Source: a virus. From it: a stretch of 64,000 bases of DNA. The stretch lies in IMG/VR virus record IMGVR_UViG_3300030419_007196, positions 60,865 to 124,864 of that record. One strand, written 5' to 3'. The notes beneath the pieces were generated by a model, which was not told the origin of the DNA, searched no databases, and worked only from the letters and a program-made list of their open reading frames with translations. Within the stretch, counting starts at the first letter, position 1. Each line of letters starts with the position of its first letter. The position numbers were made by a program, and so were the translations under genes. Positions 1 to 9,827 of this stretch are shown in pieces.

Positions 1-342
1 ATCCTCTTCGCCAACCTGACTTAAATTAAGTCTTCCAACACCCATAGCAGCACATTCCTTTTTTAGAAAGTTTTCAATATTGGTAAAAGTATCCAAAATA
101 TCCTGCTTAATATTTTCTGCTGACTTGCCATGAAAATCTCTAGGTGACATCATGGCATGGTAATTGATAATTAAATGATTTCCATGGAATCTGGCGCTGA
201 AGCCATCCATGACCCTGCTATCAGTAATTGGGTTGCCAGCTTCTCGCTTTAAGCCAATTGCGACACTTGGATCGCCGCTGTCATATCCCTTTTGAGACAT
301 GATGTTTGCAACTGCAGTTGCTAAGTCGTTAATGTTTGCCAT
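1..342 (-). CDS. Hypothetical protein, runs off the window edge (MANINDLATAVANIMSQKGYD...)
   Basis: Not in ORF track; ATG at 342, 2 nt after the upstream stop; open for 114 codons to position 1. Confidence 0.8.
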   Translation of the reverse strand, partial: MANINDLATAVANIMSQKGYDSGDPSVAIGLKREAGNPITDSRVMDGFSARFHGNHLIINYHAMMSPRDFHGKSAENIKQDILDTFTNIENFLKKECAAMGVGRLNLSQVGEED

Positions 343-344
343 GA

Positions 345-683
345 TTATTCCCTCTTTCGGCCCTCATAATAAATTATATAGCACTTTTCGCAGGCGCCAT
401 ATTTATGATAAAAGACTTTATCGTTTAAAGATGTAATTTTTACATCACACTTTTGACAAGTCTTAACCTTTCTCCTATTAATTAGTTTTTCGTCCAATAA
501 AAACCCTGCCTCTTGTTCGATCTTATTTGACGTTACCTGTTGAGCGGCGCTCTTTAGTTGTTCTAAATATTTTTTTTCTTTCTCTGGAGTCCAATATTTA
601 GCCGGGTTTTCAATTGCTTCTTCGCCATATTTTTCTGATATGGCTTTCTCTAAGCCTGCGATATAATTTTGGTCTTTTTTCAT
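345..683 (-). CDS. Hypothetical protein with C-terminal Zn-finger-like CxxC...CxxC
   Basis: CQKC and CEKC motifs; ATGA coupling to upstream gene. Confidence 0.75.
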   Translation of the reverse strand: MKKDQNYIAGLEKAISEKYGEEAIENPAKYWTPEKEKKYLEQLKSAAQQVTSNKIEQEAGFLLDEKLINRRKVKTCQKCDVKITSLNDKVFYHKYGACEKCYIIYYEGRKRE

Positions 684-1117
684 TTACTCGCCTGTGCGGC
701 GGCATAAAAGATTCCGATGGACATTCCAACACCGGCTATAAAGCCACCAACAAACCATAACTTAGTATAGTCTGGTTTTTGTGAATTTTTAAGGGCGGTG
801 TGTAATCTTTTAACCTCGCCATCTTTTATTCTCATAAGCTCATTAAACTTTTTCTTGTTTGTGTCGCGATCGATGACAATAAGTCTTTTTTCAAAATTAC
901 ATTCGGCTTTAATCTTTTTAACTGAATAGTCCATATTCAACTCGCAGATTTTAACAGCACTTTCTCTTTTTGCTGCAATAGTCGCCTCTGCCTTCTTGTC
1001 TAACAGGATGCCATCAAAGGGTGCCTTTTGACCCTTTTTTATTGCCGCTATTTTACCATTAGCAAAACAAAAAACTGGCATAAAAGTTATTAGTAAGATA
1101 ATTGCTGTGGTTTTCAT
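680..1117 (-). CDS. Exported/membrane protein (signal peptide, coiled coil, C-terminal TM); possible lysis accessory
   Basis: MKTTAIILLITFMPVFCFA signal-like N-terminus; C-terminal LWFVGGFIAGVGMSIGIFYAAA. Confidence 0.6.
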   Translation of the reverse strand: MKTTAIILLITFMPVFCFANGKIAAIKKGQKAPFDGILLDKKAEATIAAKRESAVKICELNMDYSVKKIKAECNFEKRLIVIDRDTNKKKFNELMRIKDGEVKRLHTALKNSQKPDYTKLWFVGGFIAGVGMSIGIFYAAAQASK

Positions 1118-1521
1118 TCTTCAACCTCAACGATCTCCAAACCAAACTCATCAGCTAAAACGTGCAAGCGCAAGTCTTCAGGCATCTCGATAATTTCTTT
1201 GATGCGCTTCTTTTCTTCCCGTTTAATTTTTTTGCCTTGCGCTTTACGCTCTTCCTCTACCGCAGTAACAACTACACTAAAGTCCTCTTGAGCTTTTTTG
1301 ATCTTCTTAACTTCTTCTTCATGGGCGTTATTTACAATTTTAAGCTCTTCTTTGCCTTGCTTTATCTTATCGTGAAACATCTCTTGATAAAGATATTTTG
1401 CTCTCTTCTTAGCAAATCTAGTAAGAATAAAGCCCACGACTAAAATCACACCAGCCCACCAGTGTGTTTTAGTCCAAATCCAAATTTTGTTTAAAATATG
1501 TTTAGCTGTTAGCCAAGTCAT
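1114..1521 (-). CDS. N-terminally anchored coiled-coil membrane protein (i-spanin-like topology)
   Basis: TM WWAGVILVVGFIL followed by a charged helical region. Confidence 0.55.
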   Translation of the reverse strand: MTWLTAKHILNKIWIWTKTHWWAGVILVVGFILTRFAKKRAKYLYQEMFHDKIKQGKEELKIVNNAHEEEVKKIKKAQEDFSVVVTAVEEERKAQGKKIKREEKKRIKEIIEMPEDLRLHVLADEFGLEIVEVEE

Positions 1522-1715
1522 TATTTTCCTTTGAAGCGAGCTACCACGTCAACGAAACCTTGCGTTCCGACGTATGCTGTAGCGATGATGATCCATTGTT
1601 CTGAATCAACTTTCTCCGCTAAGAGAAGCCCTGTTGTTGTTAGCCATACCAAAAGTTTCTTTGATACAAATCTTTCTAAGTGCCTATCGGCAAATGCTTT
1701 TACTGCTGCCACCAT
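1521..1715 (-). CDS. Small two-TM membrane protein, holin-like
   Basis: 64 aa, two hydrophobic segments, basic C-terminus RFKGK; SD GAGAGGG. Confidence 0.55.
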   Translation of the reverse strand: MVAAVKAFADRHLERFVSKKLLVWLTTTGLLLAEKVDSEQWIIIATAYVGTQGFVDVVARFKGK

Positions 1716-1736
1716 TTTACCCTCTCTGGTTAGTTA

Positions 1737-1799
1737 TTAACCGCAGCAGCAATCGCAGCCGCAGTCCTTTTCACATTTACAATTATCACATCCACACAT
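1737..1799 (-). CDS. 20-aa Cys-rich metallothionein-like micropeptide MCGCDNCKCEKDCGCDCCCG
   Basis: Hand-translated; 9 of 20 residues Cys; SD TAAGGA overlaps the SbcCD stop; ends TAA TAA; fills the intergenic gap. Confidence 0.75.
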   Translation of the reverse strand: MCGCDNCKCEKDCGCDCCCG

Positions 1800-1809
1800 T
1801 TTTTATTCC

Positions 1810-4800
1810 TTATTGATTAACAAATGCATATCCGTCATCTGTTTTAGAGATTTCAATAGTCATATCGACAATATCTTTTAAACTCTCTATGTGAGTAATT
1901 AGTAAAGTAACATCAAAATATCCCTTTACAAGATCCAAGATTCGAACAAAACCTTCCATATTTTCAGCGTCTAAAGCAGTCCCCGGCTCATCAAGAATAA
2001 ACAGGTTGCTCTTGGGCATATTACTTACATTCAACAGCGCAATTCTAATAGCTATAGCAGCTAAAGTTTTCTCTGCCCCAGATCCATTTTCCAAAGGTCG
2101 GGGGTCATGTTTAGGATGCTTAATCTGAATGTCAAGCTTATTATCGTTGTTTTCAAAAAATACTTGAAAGTCCACCACATTAGAAAGAACTTTTGCGATT
2201 TCATCGTTAATCAGCGGCAGCGCCCTTTTAATGACATCGAAAGCAATTCCGTTGCTATGCATACACGTCAGAAATAAATGATGTGCTGAATACTCAGCGC
2301 TCAACCTATCTCGCTCCTTCCTCAAGTGCTCTAAATTTTCTAGTTTTTGTTCTAGAGCGCCATGTGTTCCAATCAAAGAATACAAACACTCGTTGCATTC
2401 ACCAATTTTCTTTTGCCTCTCTTCAACTTCAGCTTTTTTAGACTCTAATTCTGAATAAAGCTTTTCTGTATTCTCTAAAAGCTCTTTGTTTTCTTCATAG
2501 TAACGAATCTTTTCCGTCAACTCTTGTATTAGTGAAGTACTCTTTACTAAGCTACCCGACATTCTCTCATGTTGAAATTTTAAACTCATCAAGAGAGATT
2601 TTTCATCCCTCCCCTTGCTTGAAAGTTTATTATAGTTTTCTATTCTAGATCTAATCTTTCTAACATCAAACCCGCCTAATTCACGATTTTTAAAGCCTAG
2701 TTGGTCTTCTAAAGTTTTTATTAATTCTGTTTGTTTGCTGATTTCTTTTTCAGCCTTCAGAGCGCCGTCCATGTATTTGTGTATTGGACAGTGTTCGCTA
2801 CACGGAACATCGTGTAAGACGCGAGTTTGTTTATTATAGTTATCAAGATCCTTTTCAGCATGACCTTTTTGCTGTGTTAGTTTAGCAATCTCTTTCTCAA
2901 TCTCACCAACTCGGCTAAGTTCACTATCAAGAGTGTCGATGTCGATCATCGCTAAAAGTTTTTCGCTCTTTTTAAGAAAGTTTTCCTTTTCACCAATTTG
3001 TTGTAGAAGGTCCTCTATTTTTTTAATAAGCTTATCTTCATGGGCCTCTTGTTCAAGTAATTGCTGTCTAATATCATTAATGTCGATTCTTTCATCTGGA
3101 AGTTCGGATAAATTTGCCTCCAAGTCAGTTATTTCTTTCTGAAGTGTGCCTAGCTCTTCTTTCAAATCAGCACATTCATTTTTCTTCTTCGCAACATCAG
3201 CGCCGGCTTCAAAAATTTCTTTTTTAACCCTCTTAATGTCCTCATCATAATCTATGTCCTTGACCCGCTTTAGAACACCTCTTAATTCTGATACCTCTTC
3301 TTTTGCTAATTTAAATTTTCTCTCAAAGAATTCAAGATCTAAGAATTTAGCCAAAATTTCTTTGCGCCTAGTTGAACCTTCGTTAATAAAGTTCATAGCG
3401 CCCATTTGCGAGGCCATAGAGGTGGTTAGGAAGTCCTCTAAGCTTCCAAAGACATTCCGTATCGCCTTGTCGGTTCCGCCGCGCTCAGTCTGGTTTAAAG
3501 AGCCTTTCTCGTCAGACACCTGATCTACAAAATCGAAGTCCGCTTGAGTTCTCGCCTCATTCGTAGTCTTACCCTTAAGTTTCTTAACATACTTCTCCGA
3601 TTTCCTAGAAATCGTGTAAGTCTTATTATTTGCCTCAATCTCCACCACGCCAGAGCCTTGGTCCTTATTTTGGTTGATAATGTTGTAAGTCTTTCGAATA
3701 TTTTTAGAAGTATTATTATAGATTGTGTAGAGCAGTGAATCAATGATGCTAGATTTACCACTAAAGTTTTTTCCAAAGATTCCCACAGTTCCAGCAAGTT
3801 TAGTAAAATCGACAGAATTGCCTTCTCCGTAGTTGAATAGATTGTCCCAGCCGAACTTCTTAATTTTCCAATGAACGTTCCTAGAAACGTCTTCACTTTC
3901 TTCGACAACCTTATTATATCTTGAATTAAGAGCGTAGACTTCATCCAAAGTTTCCTCAGATGGATTAAAGTCCATCAAGTACTCCTTAATTAGCTCTTGT
4001 TGAGTCTTTTCGTCTCTCAGATTTTCAAACAATTCTGCGTCAATTTTACCTTCAACAGATAGGTCGTTTGCACCATGTCGACTCAAGAAAGTAATTGATT
4101 CTGGCTTAAACCTATGCTTCGCGATCTTTACTGCTCTTCGAAGTTTTTCTAGTGGAATGTTAGAATTTGAAACAAGTCTCAACCTTGCCCCATGCTGACA
4201 TTCGAATTTGTTGGGAATCCTGCCCGTTTTTGTAAGGTTGATTGTGACAAATGGCTTTGGGTTATTAAAATTTATCTTCCTTCTTTCGAAATCTGTCTTA
4301 CTTTTAATGTCCCAAATGTATATCCCCTTGTCGTTGGTTTCGCCAAAGTTTTGTTGTATTGTTGAGCCTGCATAGGCGATGGTGCCTTCCTTGTTGAGAT
4401 CTTGTGTCTTGTGGATGTCTCCTAAAAAAGCATAATCAAAATCATCAAAAATTGAAATGTCGTGCTCGCCATGTTCCATAACAAAACCGATATCTGTTCT
4501 AGAATATTTAACTGCGCCATGATAAAGGCCAATATTAATCTTTTCTGGCTTTGTTGGCTGAACCCAATTGTCCTCGTCAAAGACAGACAGAACATTAAGA
4601 CAAAAATCTTTATCTAGATGGGTTTCGCCTGCATTTTTTAACAAATAAAGACTTGGATGATCCAAGGCTTCTACAATAGGAGTAATAGCATCTTGGCGAT
4701 AAGAGTTGCGCAGGTTACCATCATGATTACCCAGAATGACGTAAGTTGGAGCAATGTTTGCCAAGTTCTTCAAAAAATCTGAACACAGTTCAACGAACTC

Positions 4801-4962
4801 CGGGGAGATCTGTGTTTTAGTATGTGCGATATCTCCACAATGGATAATACAGTCTACCTTTTCTTCTTTAAGCGTTTTGTAAAGCTGTCCAAAAACTTCC
4901 CGATATTCCTTGTGGAATTTTAGGTTTTTGATGTGGGTGTCTGCGATGTGCGCGAATTTCAT
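1810..4962 (-). CDS. sbcCD: Fused SbcD/Mre11 nuclease - SbcC/Rad50 ATPase (T4 gp47+gp46-like)
   Basis: Phosphoesterase motifs ADTH, GDIAH, GNHD, LGDIH; Walker A GKNFSGKS; long coiled coil; signature GSGAEK; Walker B LFILDEP; H-loop LITH. Confidence 0.93.
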   Translation of the reverse strand: MKFAHIADTHIKNLKFHKEYREVFGQLYKTLKEEKVDCIIHCGDIAHTKTQISPEFVELCSDFLKNLANIAPTYVILGNHDGNLRNSYRQDAITPIVEALDHPSLYLLKNAGETHLDKDFCLNVLSVFDEDNWVQPTKPEKINIGLYHGAVKYSRTDIGFVMEHGEHDISIFDDFDYAFLGDIHKTQDLNKEGTIAYAGSTIQQNFGETNDKGIYIWDIKSKTDFERRKINFNNPKPFVTINLTKTGRIPNKFECQHGARLRLVSNSNIPLEKLRRAVKIAKHRFKPESITFLSRHGANDLSVEGKIDAELFENLRDEKTQQELIKEYLMDFNPSEETLDEVYALNSRYNKVVEESEDVSRNVHWKIKKFGWDNLFNYGEGNSVDFTKLAGTVGIFGKNFSGKSSIIDSLLYTIYNNTSKNIRKTYNIINQNKDQGSGVVEIEANNKTYTISRKSEKYVKKLKGKTTNEARTQADFDFVDQVSDEKGSLNQTERGGTDKAIRNVFGSLEDFLTTSMASQMGAMNFINEGSTRRKEILAKFLDLEFFERKFKLAKEEVSELRGVLKRVKDIDYDEDIKRVKKEIFEAGADVAKKKNECADLKEELGTLQKEITDLEANLSELPDERIDINDIRQQLLEQEAHEDKLIKKIEDLLQQIGEKENFLKKSEKLLAMIDIDTLDSELSRVGEIEKEIAKLTQQKGHAEKDLDNYNKQTRVLHDVPCSEHCPIHKYMDGALKAEKEISKQTELIKTLEDQLGFKNRELGGFDVRKIRSRIENYNKLSSKGRDEKSLLMSLKFQHERMSGSLVKSTSLIQELTEKIRYYEENKELLENTEKLYSELESKKAEVEERQKKIGECNECLYSLIGTHGALEQKLENLEHLRKERDRLSAEYSAHHLFLTCMHSNGIAFDVIKRALPLINDEIAKVLSNVVDFQVFFENNDNKLDIQIKHPKHDPRPLENGSGAEKTLAAIAIRIALLNVSNMPKSNLFILDEPGTALDAENMEGFVRILDLVKGYFDVTLLITHIESLKDIVDMTIEISKTDDGYAFVNQ

Positions 4963-5911
4963 ATATGTTACCTTTTAGTTTCTCATTAATAAGAAAGAAA
5001 TCAGAATTAACCTCTGTGGCGTTATTTTTTCGGTCCTCAAAAACGCTTTTTGGCATTTCAGCGATGTCCTCATATCCCTTGGTATCAATAACAAAAATTT
5101 TAATGTTGTCTTTTAATAAATTTTTAATAATTTGATTCTGCTTTTTAACTGCGTCGGCATCCAAAGCAAGATAAACAACTGTATTGTTTTCGACAACCCT
5201 CTTTCTCAGCAGAGATTTTTTGCTCAAAGTAGAGCCTAATAATGGTATTGCATTATTGCCAGCCCTAATAGCATCAAATACGCCTTCAACTATTATAACA
5301 GGTTTTTCAAAGTTAATCAACAATTCGTTAAAAACCATTTTGCTTTTAGCAATCGGAGGATTCTTATACTTATAAGAATCATCATAGTAAGTCCTAGCAA
5401 TAAAAAAATTACAATCCCCTTGTTCATCAAAAGAGGGTATTATAATTCTATTTTCATATTCTCCATAGGGACAAAATCCTATTTTATATTTAAGTATCTC
5501 TTGTGGGCCGATGCCCCGCCTTTTTAAATAATTGATCGCCGCATAAGAGTTTGACAGATCCTTTCTTCCTAGAAACAAATAATCGTTTGGAAGTTCCAAA
5601 GCAACTTTCTTCTCTCCCTTGTTTGAAAACATTTCCAAAATTCTTTGATCGAAATTGTCAATTTTTATAGTTTTGTCTAACTTCAACCATTCAGAGATAT
5701 CTTTTTGATCTCCAAATCGACGGATTAGAGAAAAAATCTTCTTGCCAGATGTGTCACACACCCAGCACTTCCAAGCGTTTTTACTTAAATTAATTGAAAG
5801 TTTCTTTTTATGATGATTACAAAAAGGACAGTGAAAGAGGGTCTCACTTGAGGATTGAGAATAATCGCCCAAAATACCTTTTAAGATGAATTTTTTCTTT
5901 CTTTCTGACAT
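4868..5911 (-). CDS. dnaG: DNA primase (Zn finger + TOPRIM)
   Basis: CPFC..H...CWVC Zn finger; RIIIP, KYKNP, IVEGVFD, LALDAD motifs. Confidence 0.9.
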   Translation of the reverse strand: MSERKKKFILKGILGDYSQSSSETLFHCPFCNHHKKKLSINLSKNAWKCWVCDTSGKKIFSLIRRFGDQKDISEWLKLDKTIKIDNFDQRILEMFSNKGEKKVALELPNDYLFLGRKDLSNSYAAINYLKRRGIGPQEILKYKIGFCPYGEYENRIIIPSFDEQGDCNFFIARTYYDDSYKYKNPPIAKSKMVFNELLINFEKPVIIVEGVFDAIRAGNNAIPLLGSTLSKKSLLRKRVVENNTVVYLALDADAVKKQNQIIKNLLKDNIKIFVIDTKGYEDIAEMPKSVFEDRKNNATEVNSDFFLINEKLKGNIYEIRAHRRHPHQKPKIPQGISGSFWTALQNA

Positions 5912-6414
5912 TCTAAGTAACCAGCTTGGGCGATAATATAACTGTCTGCCCGATCATAACTTCCCGGCTTGGGATTATTGTTTCTGGTATATTCTACCTC
6001 AAAACCGCCTACGTTGTCAAGGACAAATTTTAACACGACCGCTTTGGCTTTTTGGCCGCGCTGGATCTTAACACCGCTAGCTTTTCTAGCCGACGAGGCA
6101 GAAACATACTCTGGCTCTCTGGCGAAAACATTATAACACAACCAACTAACAACCCCGTTAAATTTTGAAAGGAGTGTAAGAGTTTTTGCTGACGAAAAGC
6201 CCGCCCTGAACATTTGCAAAGATTGCTCAATCACAATTTTTGTGATTGGAAATTCTATCCTTATATCCATTAATTTATTATTAATAAATGAGGCTTTGTC
6301 AAAAAAGTTTTTTATTTTACGAGCATCCCAAGCTTCACAATAAACTACGTTGCCGCTGAGATCTATTACTGTCGCACCAGTAATACTAGTGGACACATCT
6401 AATCCTAATATCAT
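5881..6414 (-). CDS. ruvC: RuvC-like Holliday junction resolvase
   Basis: MILGLDVSTSITG, IVIEQ and DRADSYIIA RNase H-fold catalytic motifs. Confidence 0.8.
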   Translation of the reverse strand: MILGLDVSTSITGATVIDLSGNVVYCEAWDARKIKNFFDKASFINNKLMDIRIEFPITKIVIEQSLQMFRAGFSSAKTLTLLSKFNGVVSWLCYNVFAREPEYVSASSARKASGVKIQRGQKAKAVVLKFVLDNVGGFEVEYTRNNNPKPGSYDRADSYIIAQAGYLECQKERKNSS

Positions 6415-7700
6415 AAATCTAATTTTAACTTAAAAGTGTAATCTTGTTCAGTTGTTTTTTTAATTGGAGTCGCTAAATTTGCAACCGCAATTAAATCACC
6501 GTCTTCATCATAAATCCCTATCTTAGAAATGTGAGTGGTTGGTGAAAACGATTCAGAGTAGTTGCTAAAAGAGCTAGATACAACATTTTTAATAGTAACT
6601 AGAGTGTTCTCTTCATAGTGTTTAGAACCAGAGGAAACAACGTATATTTGATCGTATGTTTTGGCGTCGTGGGTCTGTTTTCTCTCTATGAAGGTTGGAT
6701 TGTTGCTCCAAACTAAGTCATTCTTGTTCGCATGGGCCATCATAGTATAGGTTGGCACTAGTGTTTCCCCTTCAAACTCTATTGTGTATGAGGAGCTAGC
6801 CGGGGCGTATCTAACCATTTCTGACTCTTTGCCAATAAAAGCCTTATAAGACATGAAGTGTGCCCATCTTGGATTGTCAACCCAGCCAGTACTAACAGAC
6901 TGTGAATTTACCGGGCTTAAGTACCCGTCATATTTATCGTCATTTAAAGAATAGCTGGCCGTTATTACAATCAGGCCCTCTGGGTATAAGACAGTACCAA
7001 TTGGTTCGCCGGGTTTGGCACCGGTTGTCTCATATAAAACGCCATTTTTATACAAATCTTGAGCCTCAGCAACCAAAGATCCAGTATAATAGAAAGAAAG
7101 TTTTAAACTACCCTCTTTTATTTTGTTACCACGATATAGCCTCGGCACCTCTATTAGAGAAACATAAGCAGATAAGGGCTGGGCATAAGTTTTACCACCC
7201 GCAGGCAAGCCTTTGTTGGCTGCAACATACTTTTCAAAATCAAAATATGGACTTAAATATTTATAATAGTTGTAGACGTTGTAAAGGCTTCCAAGCTTGT
7301 GCAGGGATGATTCAAAAGAAACACCATCAAGCAACGTTGCCTCTCCGGAACCGCCCTGTACAATATAGTGTTTTTGTAAGCTAGAAGTTATATCTGTATA
7401 ACTGGAGGTGTAAGTTGCGCCCACATCAAGAGCTTCCCACCCAGCATTCTTTTTTAATTGATCATTAAAGAAGCGTATTGGGTTATTCAATCTCTTTTCT
7501 AATTCAGGCTTTATAGTAAAACCGGTATGGGAATAATCATAAACAGAAATAACATCTGTAGTATATTGGTCATGGACATCCAGACCAGAATTGATTTTTG
7601 CCTGATTAAGATAGAAATGAATTTTAAATTTTGGATTAGCTTGAAGATAGCTTAAAAAGACATCATCTTTCTTAAATTTAAAACTTGCTTTATTAAACAT
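6411..7700 (-). CDS. Putative virion/baseplate protein with tail-collar-fibre-like C-terminal motif
   Basis: C-terminal ISKIGIYDEDGDLIAVANLATPIKK; paralog of 7709-8860 (shared IK/RxGS and SNNP/SSNP blocks). Confidence 0.65.
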   Translation of the reverse strand: MFNKASFKFKKDDVFLSYLQANPKFKIHFYLNQAKINSGLDVHDQYTTDVISVYDYSHTGFTIKPELEKRLNNPIRFFNDQLKKNAGWEALDVGATYTSSYTDITSSLQKHYIVQGGSGEATLLDGVSFESSLHKLGSLYNVYNYYKYLSPYFDFEKYVAANKGLPAGGKTYAQPLSAYVSLIEVPRLYRGNKIKEGSLKLSFYYTGSLVAEAQDLYKNGVLYETTGAKPGEPIGTVLYPEGLIVITASYSLNDDKYDGYLSPVNSQSVSTGWVDNPRWAHFMSYKAFIGKESEMVRYAPASSSYTIEFEGETLVPTYTMMAHANKNDLVWSNNPTFIERKQTHDAKTYDQIYVVSSGSKHYEENTLVTIKNVVSSSFSNYSESFSPTTHISKIGIYDEDGDLIAVANLATPIKKTTEQDYTFKLKLDL

Positions 7701-7708
7701 ATCATTTT

Positions 7709-8860
7709 TTAGTGTGTCAGCTTCACCGAAATTAGTTGTGACTTCGAAGCGTCCTTTTTAATTGGTTTCGAAAATTTACCTACTGCCATCAATTCTCCAT
7801 CAGAGGCGTACAAACCAACGCCAGTTATATACGCATACGCAGGGTTGTTTTTATTAACGCTGCCGTCGCTGTCAAGCCTAACTTGAATTTGACTTGATGT
7901 ATTGACGTAAGATGGGTTGCTGCTATAATTAAAATCGTTTGCGCCTGCTGTACAAAGATAGTTTGCAACATTTAATTGTGTGGCGTTTTTAATAGAAATA
8001 TTTTGAATTCTATGCCTCATCCCCGTAGCACATTCTAGAATAGTACCAGAAATCATCGCGTGGCCAAAAGTGTATTGTTTTGCTTGGGATTGACTAACGA
8101 AAAGTATGGGAAGGTGGCCGACTGTATCGCCGTTGGCACCAAAAATACTATTTGCGCCGAGGTTCGAACTTGATAGTTGAATCGCGGCGATGCCCCTAAA
8201 TCTGTCCAAGATACCGACGTTGCCATTATTTGTGGTTTCTTTAAGTATTCTTAACCCGTTTTCCAAATCAACAGACCCTGAATCGGTTATGATGCGAGTC
8301 CCAACAGCACTACCCGTGCCGCTAGCATTAAAGGGGCGCCCATGTGAGCCGGTACCGATCGTTAATTCGAAAGAACCTTTTCTAATCTCATCCTTCATCA
8401 TGAGTCTAGAAAAGTTAATAAAAATGGGCGTGCGCATGACGGTGGCAGTATTTTGAGTATTAAAATTGCCAGAAACATCAAAAACTCTTAAAGAGCCAGT
8501 TTGATTGTAACCAAGCATGACCGCTGCCATTTGCTTATAGATATTTTGTTTTGCTAAAATATCTGTTGACGTGCCTGAAACCGGGGCGGTGGAGCCGACC
8601 AACAACTCATTTAAATCAACTGGTGACGAATTTGGCAAGTATCCGACCGTGATATCAAACAAGGGATTGGCACTCTGACTTAAATGAGGATAGTCGTGAC
8701 ATGTTTGATACATACCCTGATCGTGGTTTTTAATATTAGAAAGAGTGCTGGCCTGATCTGGGTAAGTTCCTGATAAGACAGAGCCGGTTACGGCAATTGT
8801 TTCCTTTACAAAATCCTTTGTGGTTGTTATTTGTATGTTTGTTGAATATTTGCTAGCCAT
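7709..8860 (-). CDS. Putative virion/baseplate protein, paralog of 6411-7700
   Basis: FNYSSNPSY and YITGVGLYASDGELMAVGKFSKPIKK; S/T/G-rich. Confidence 0.65.
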   Translation of the reverse strand: MASKYSTNIQITTTKDFVKETIAVTGSVLSGTYPDQASTLSNIKNHDQGMYQTCHDYPHLSQSANPLFDITVGYLPNSSPVDLNELLVGSTAPVSGTSTDILAKQNIYKQMAAVMLGYNQTGSLRVFDVSGNFNTQNTATVMRTPIFINFSRLMMKDEIRKGSFELTIGTGSHGRPFNASGTGSAVGTRIITDSGSVDLENGLRILKETTNNGNVGILDRFRGIAAIQLSSSNLGANSIFGANGDTVGHLPILFVSQSQAKQYTFGHAMISGTILECATGMRHRIQNISIKNATQLNVANYLCTAGANDFNYSSNPSYVNTSSQIQVRLDSDGSVNKNNPAYAYITGVGLYASDGELMAVGKFSKPIKKDASKSQLISVKLTH

Positions 8861-8889
8861 TTATATCTCCGTTATTCCTTGTTAGCTCT

Positions 8890-9807
8890 CTATACCTTAA
8901 TAAATTTCAACGGTACGCTTATGTTTAGGTTTGTTGTAAGCCCCTCAACAATCATTACGTTAGTAATGTTCTTTGCTGTGGATCCATCAGTAAAGCTGGT
9001 TGTATCCGTTGAACCCAGAGCAGTCCAAATCGCGTCACTTGCAACATTAATGTTTGGGGCTGCAGCAACAGGAATTCTTAATCTGGGACCTCTAGCGCCC
9101 TTAATTGGCGAGGCTGCTTCGTTTTGCTGCAAGTCTTGCCAATAAGGACTTCCATCCTGCGACTCTCTGGTGATTAAATATGTTGCAATAAAATCATCAT
9201 CAACTGAAATTGGATGTAATTCTTGGCCCGGGTCGGTATTCGGTACAAGGACACGGCCCAATCTATAATCCAATTTAACTAAAACTTGGGTCTCTTCAAG
9301 ATCTGCCGGCAGAAGTTGCAGAAAATTATATGGACTATTGGCGCCGTCATCATTAACTCCATGATCTATGTAAATCCAACTATTTGAATTTTTTGATATT
9401 AAAGTTTTATCGTAGCCTTTTAAATATCCGGCCGGCAAATTAGCTGCAGCAAATTTTGAATCGTAAGTTGTCTTGGTGGCAATTATAATGTAGTCATCTG
9501 TACTAGATTTTGCGGTACCGCCCTGTGAGGTGTCAGTAACAAGAAGAGTGCTGTTTAAGTGAGATGAGTCCAGCCTGCTTGACATTAATAGATACTTCAA
9601 AGCTTTTGAGTTCTCTGAGATAGCTTCAAAGATGGGGGTGTTAGCAAATTTGCTGTTAGGTTGTGACTCTAGCGCCTTGTCATAGACAATTTCATCGTCA
9701 CTCAAAGAAAATTTTCTTATATCAAAATTGCCTGCTGCCATACGGCGGCGACCTTCGTCGGTTAGAATAGCGTCTAACACTAATACAGAATCAGTTAAAA
9801 ATGACAT
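8890..9807 (-). CDS. Putative virion protein
   Basis: N-terminal LDAILTDEGRRRMAAGNFDIRKFSLSDDEIVYD shared with 15292-16065; SD GAGGAG. Confidence 0.6.
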   Translation of the reverse strand: MSFLTDSVLVLDAILTDEGRRRMAAGNFDIRKFSLSDDEIVYDKALESQPNSKFANTPIFEAISENSKALKYLLMSSRLDSSHLNSTLLVTDTSQGGTAKSSTDDYIIIATKTTYDSKFAAANLPAGYLKGYDKTLISKNSNSWIYIDHGVNDDGANSPYNFLQLLPADLEETQVLVKLDYRLGRVLVPNTDPGQELHPISVDDDFIATYLITRESQDGSPYWQDLQQNEAASPIKGARGPRLRIPVAAAPNINVASDAIWTALGSTDTTSFTDGSTAKNITNVMIVEGLTTNLNISVPLKFIKV

Positions 9808-9827
9808 TTATTTGCTCCTCTCTTATA

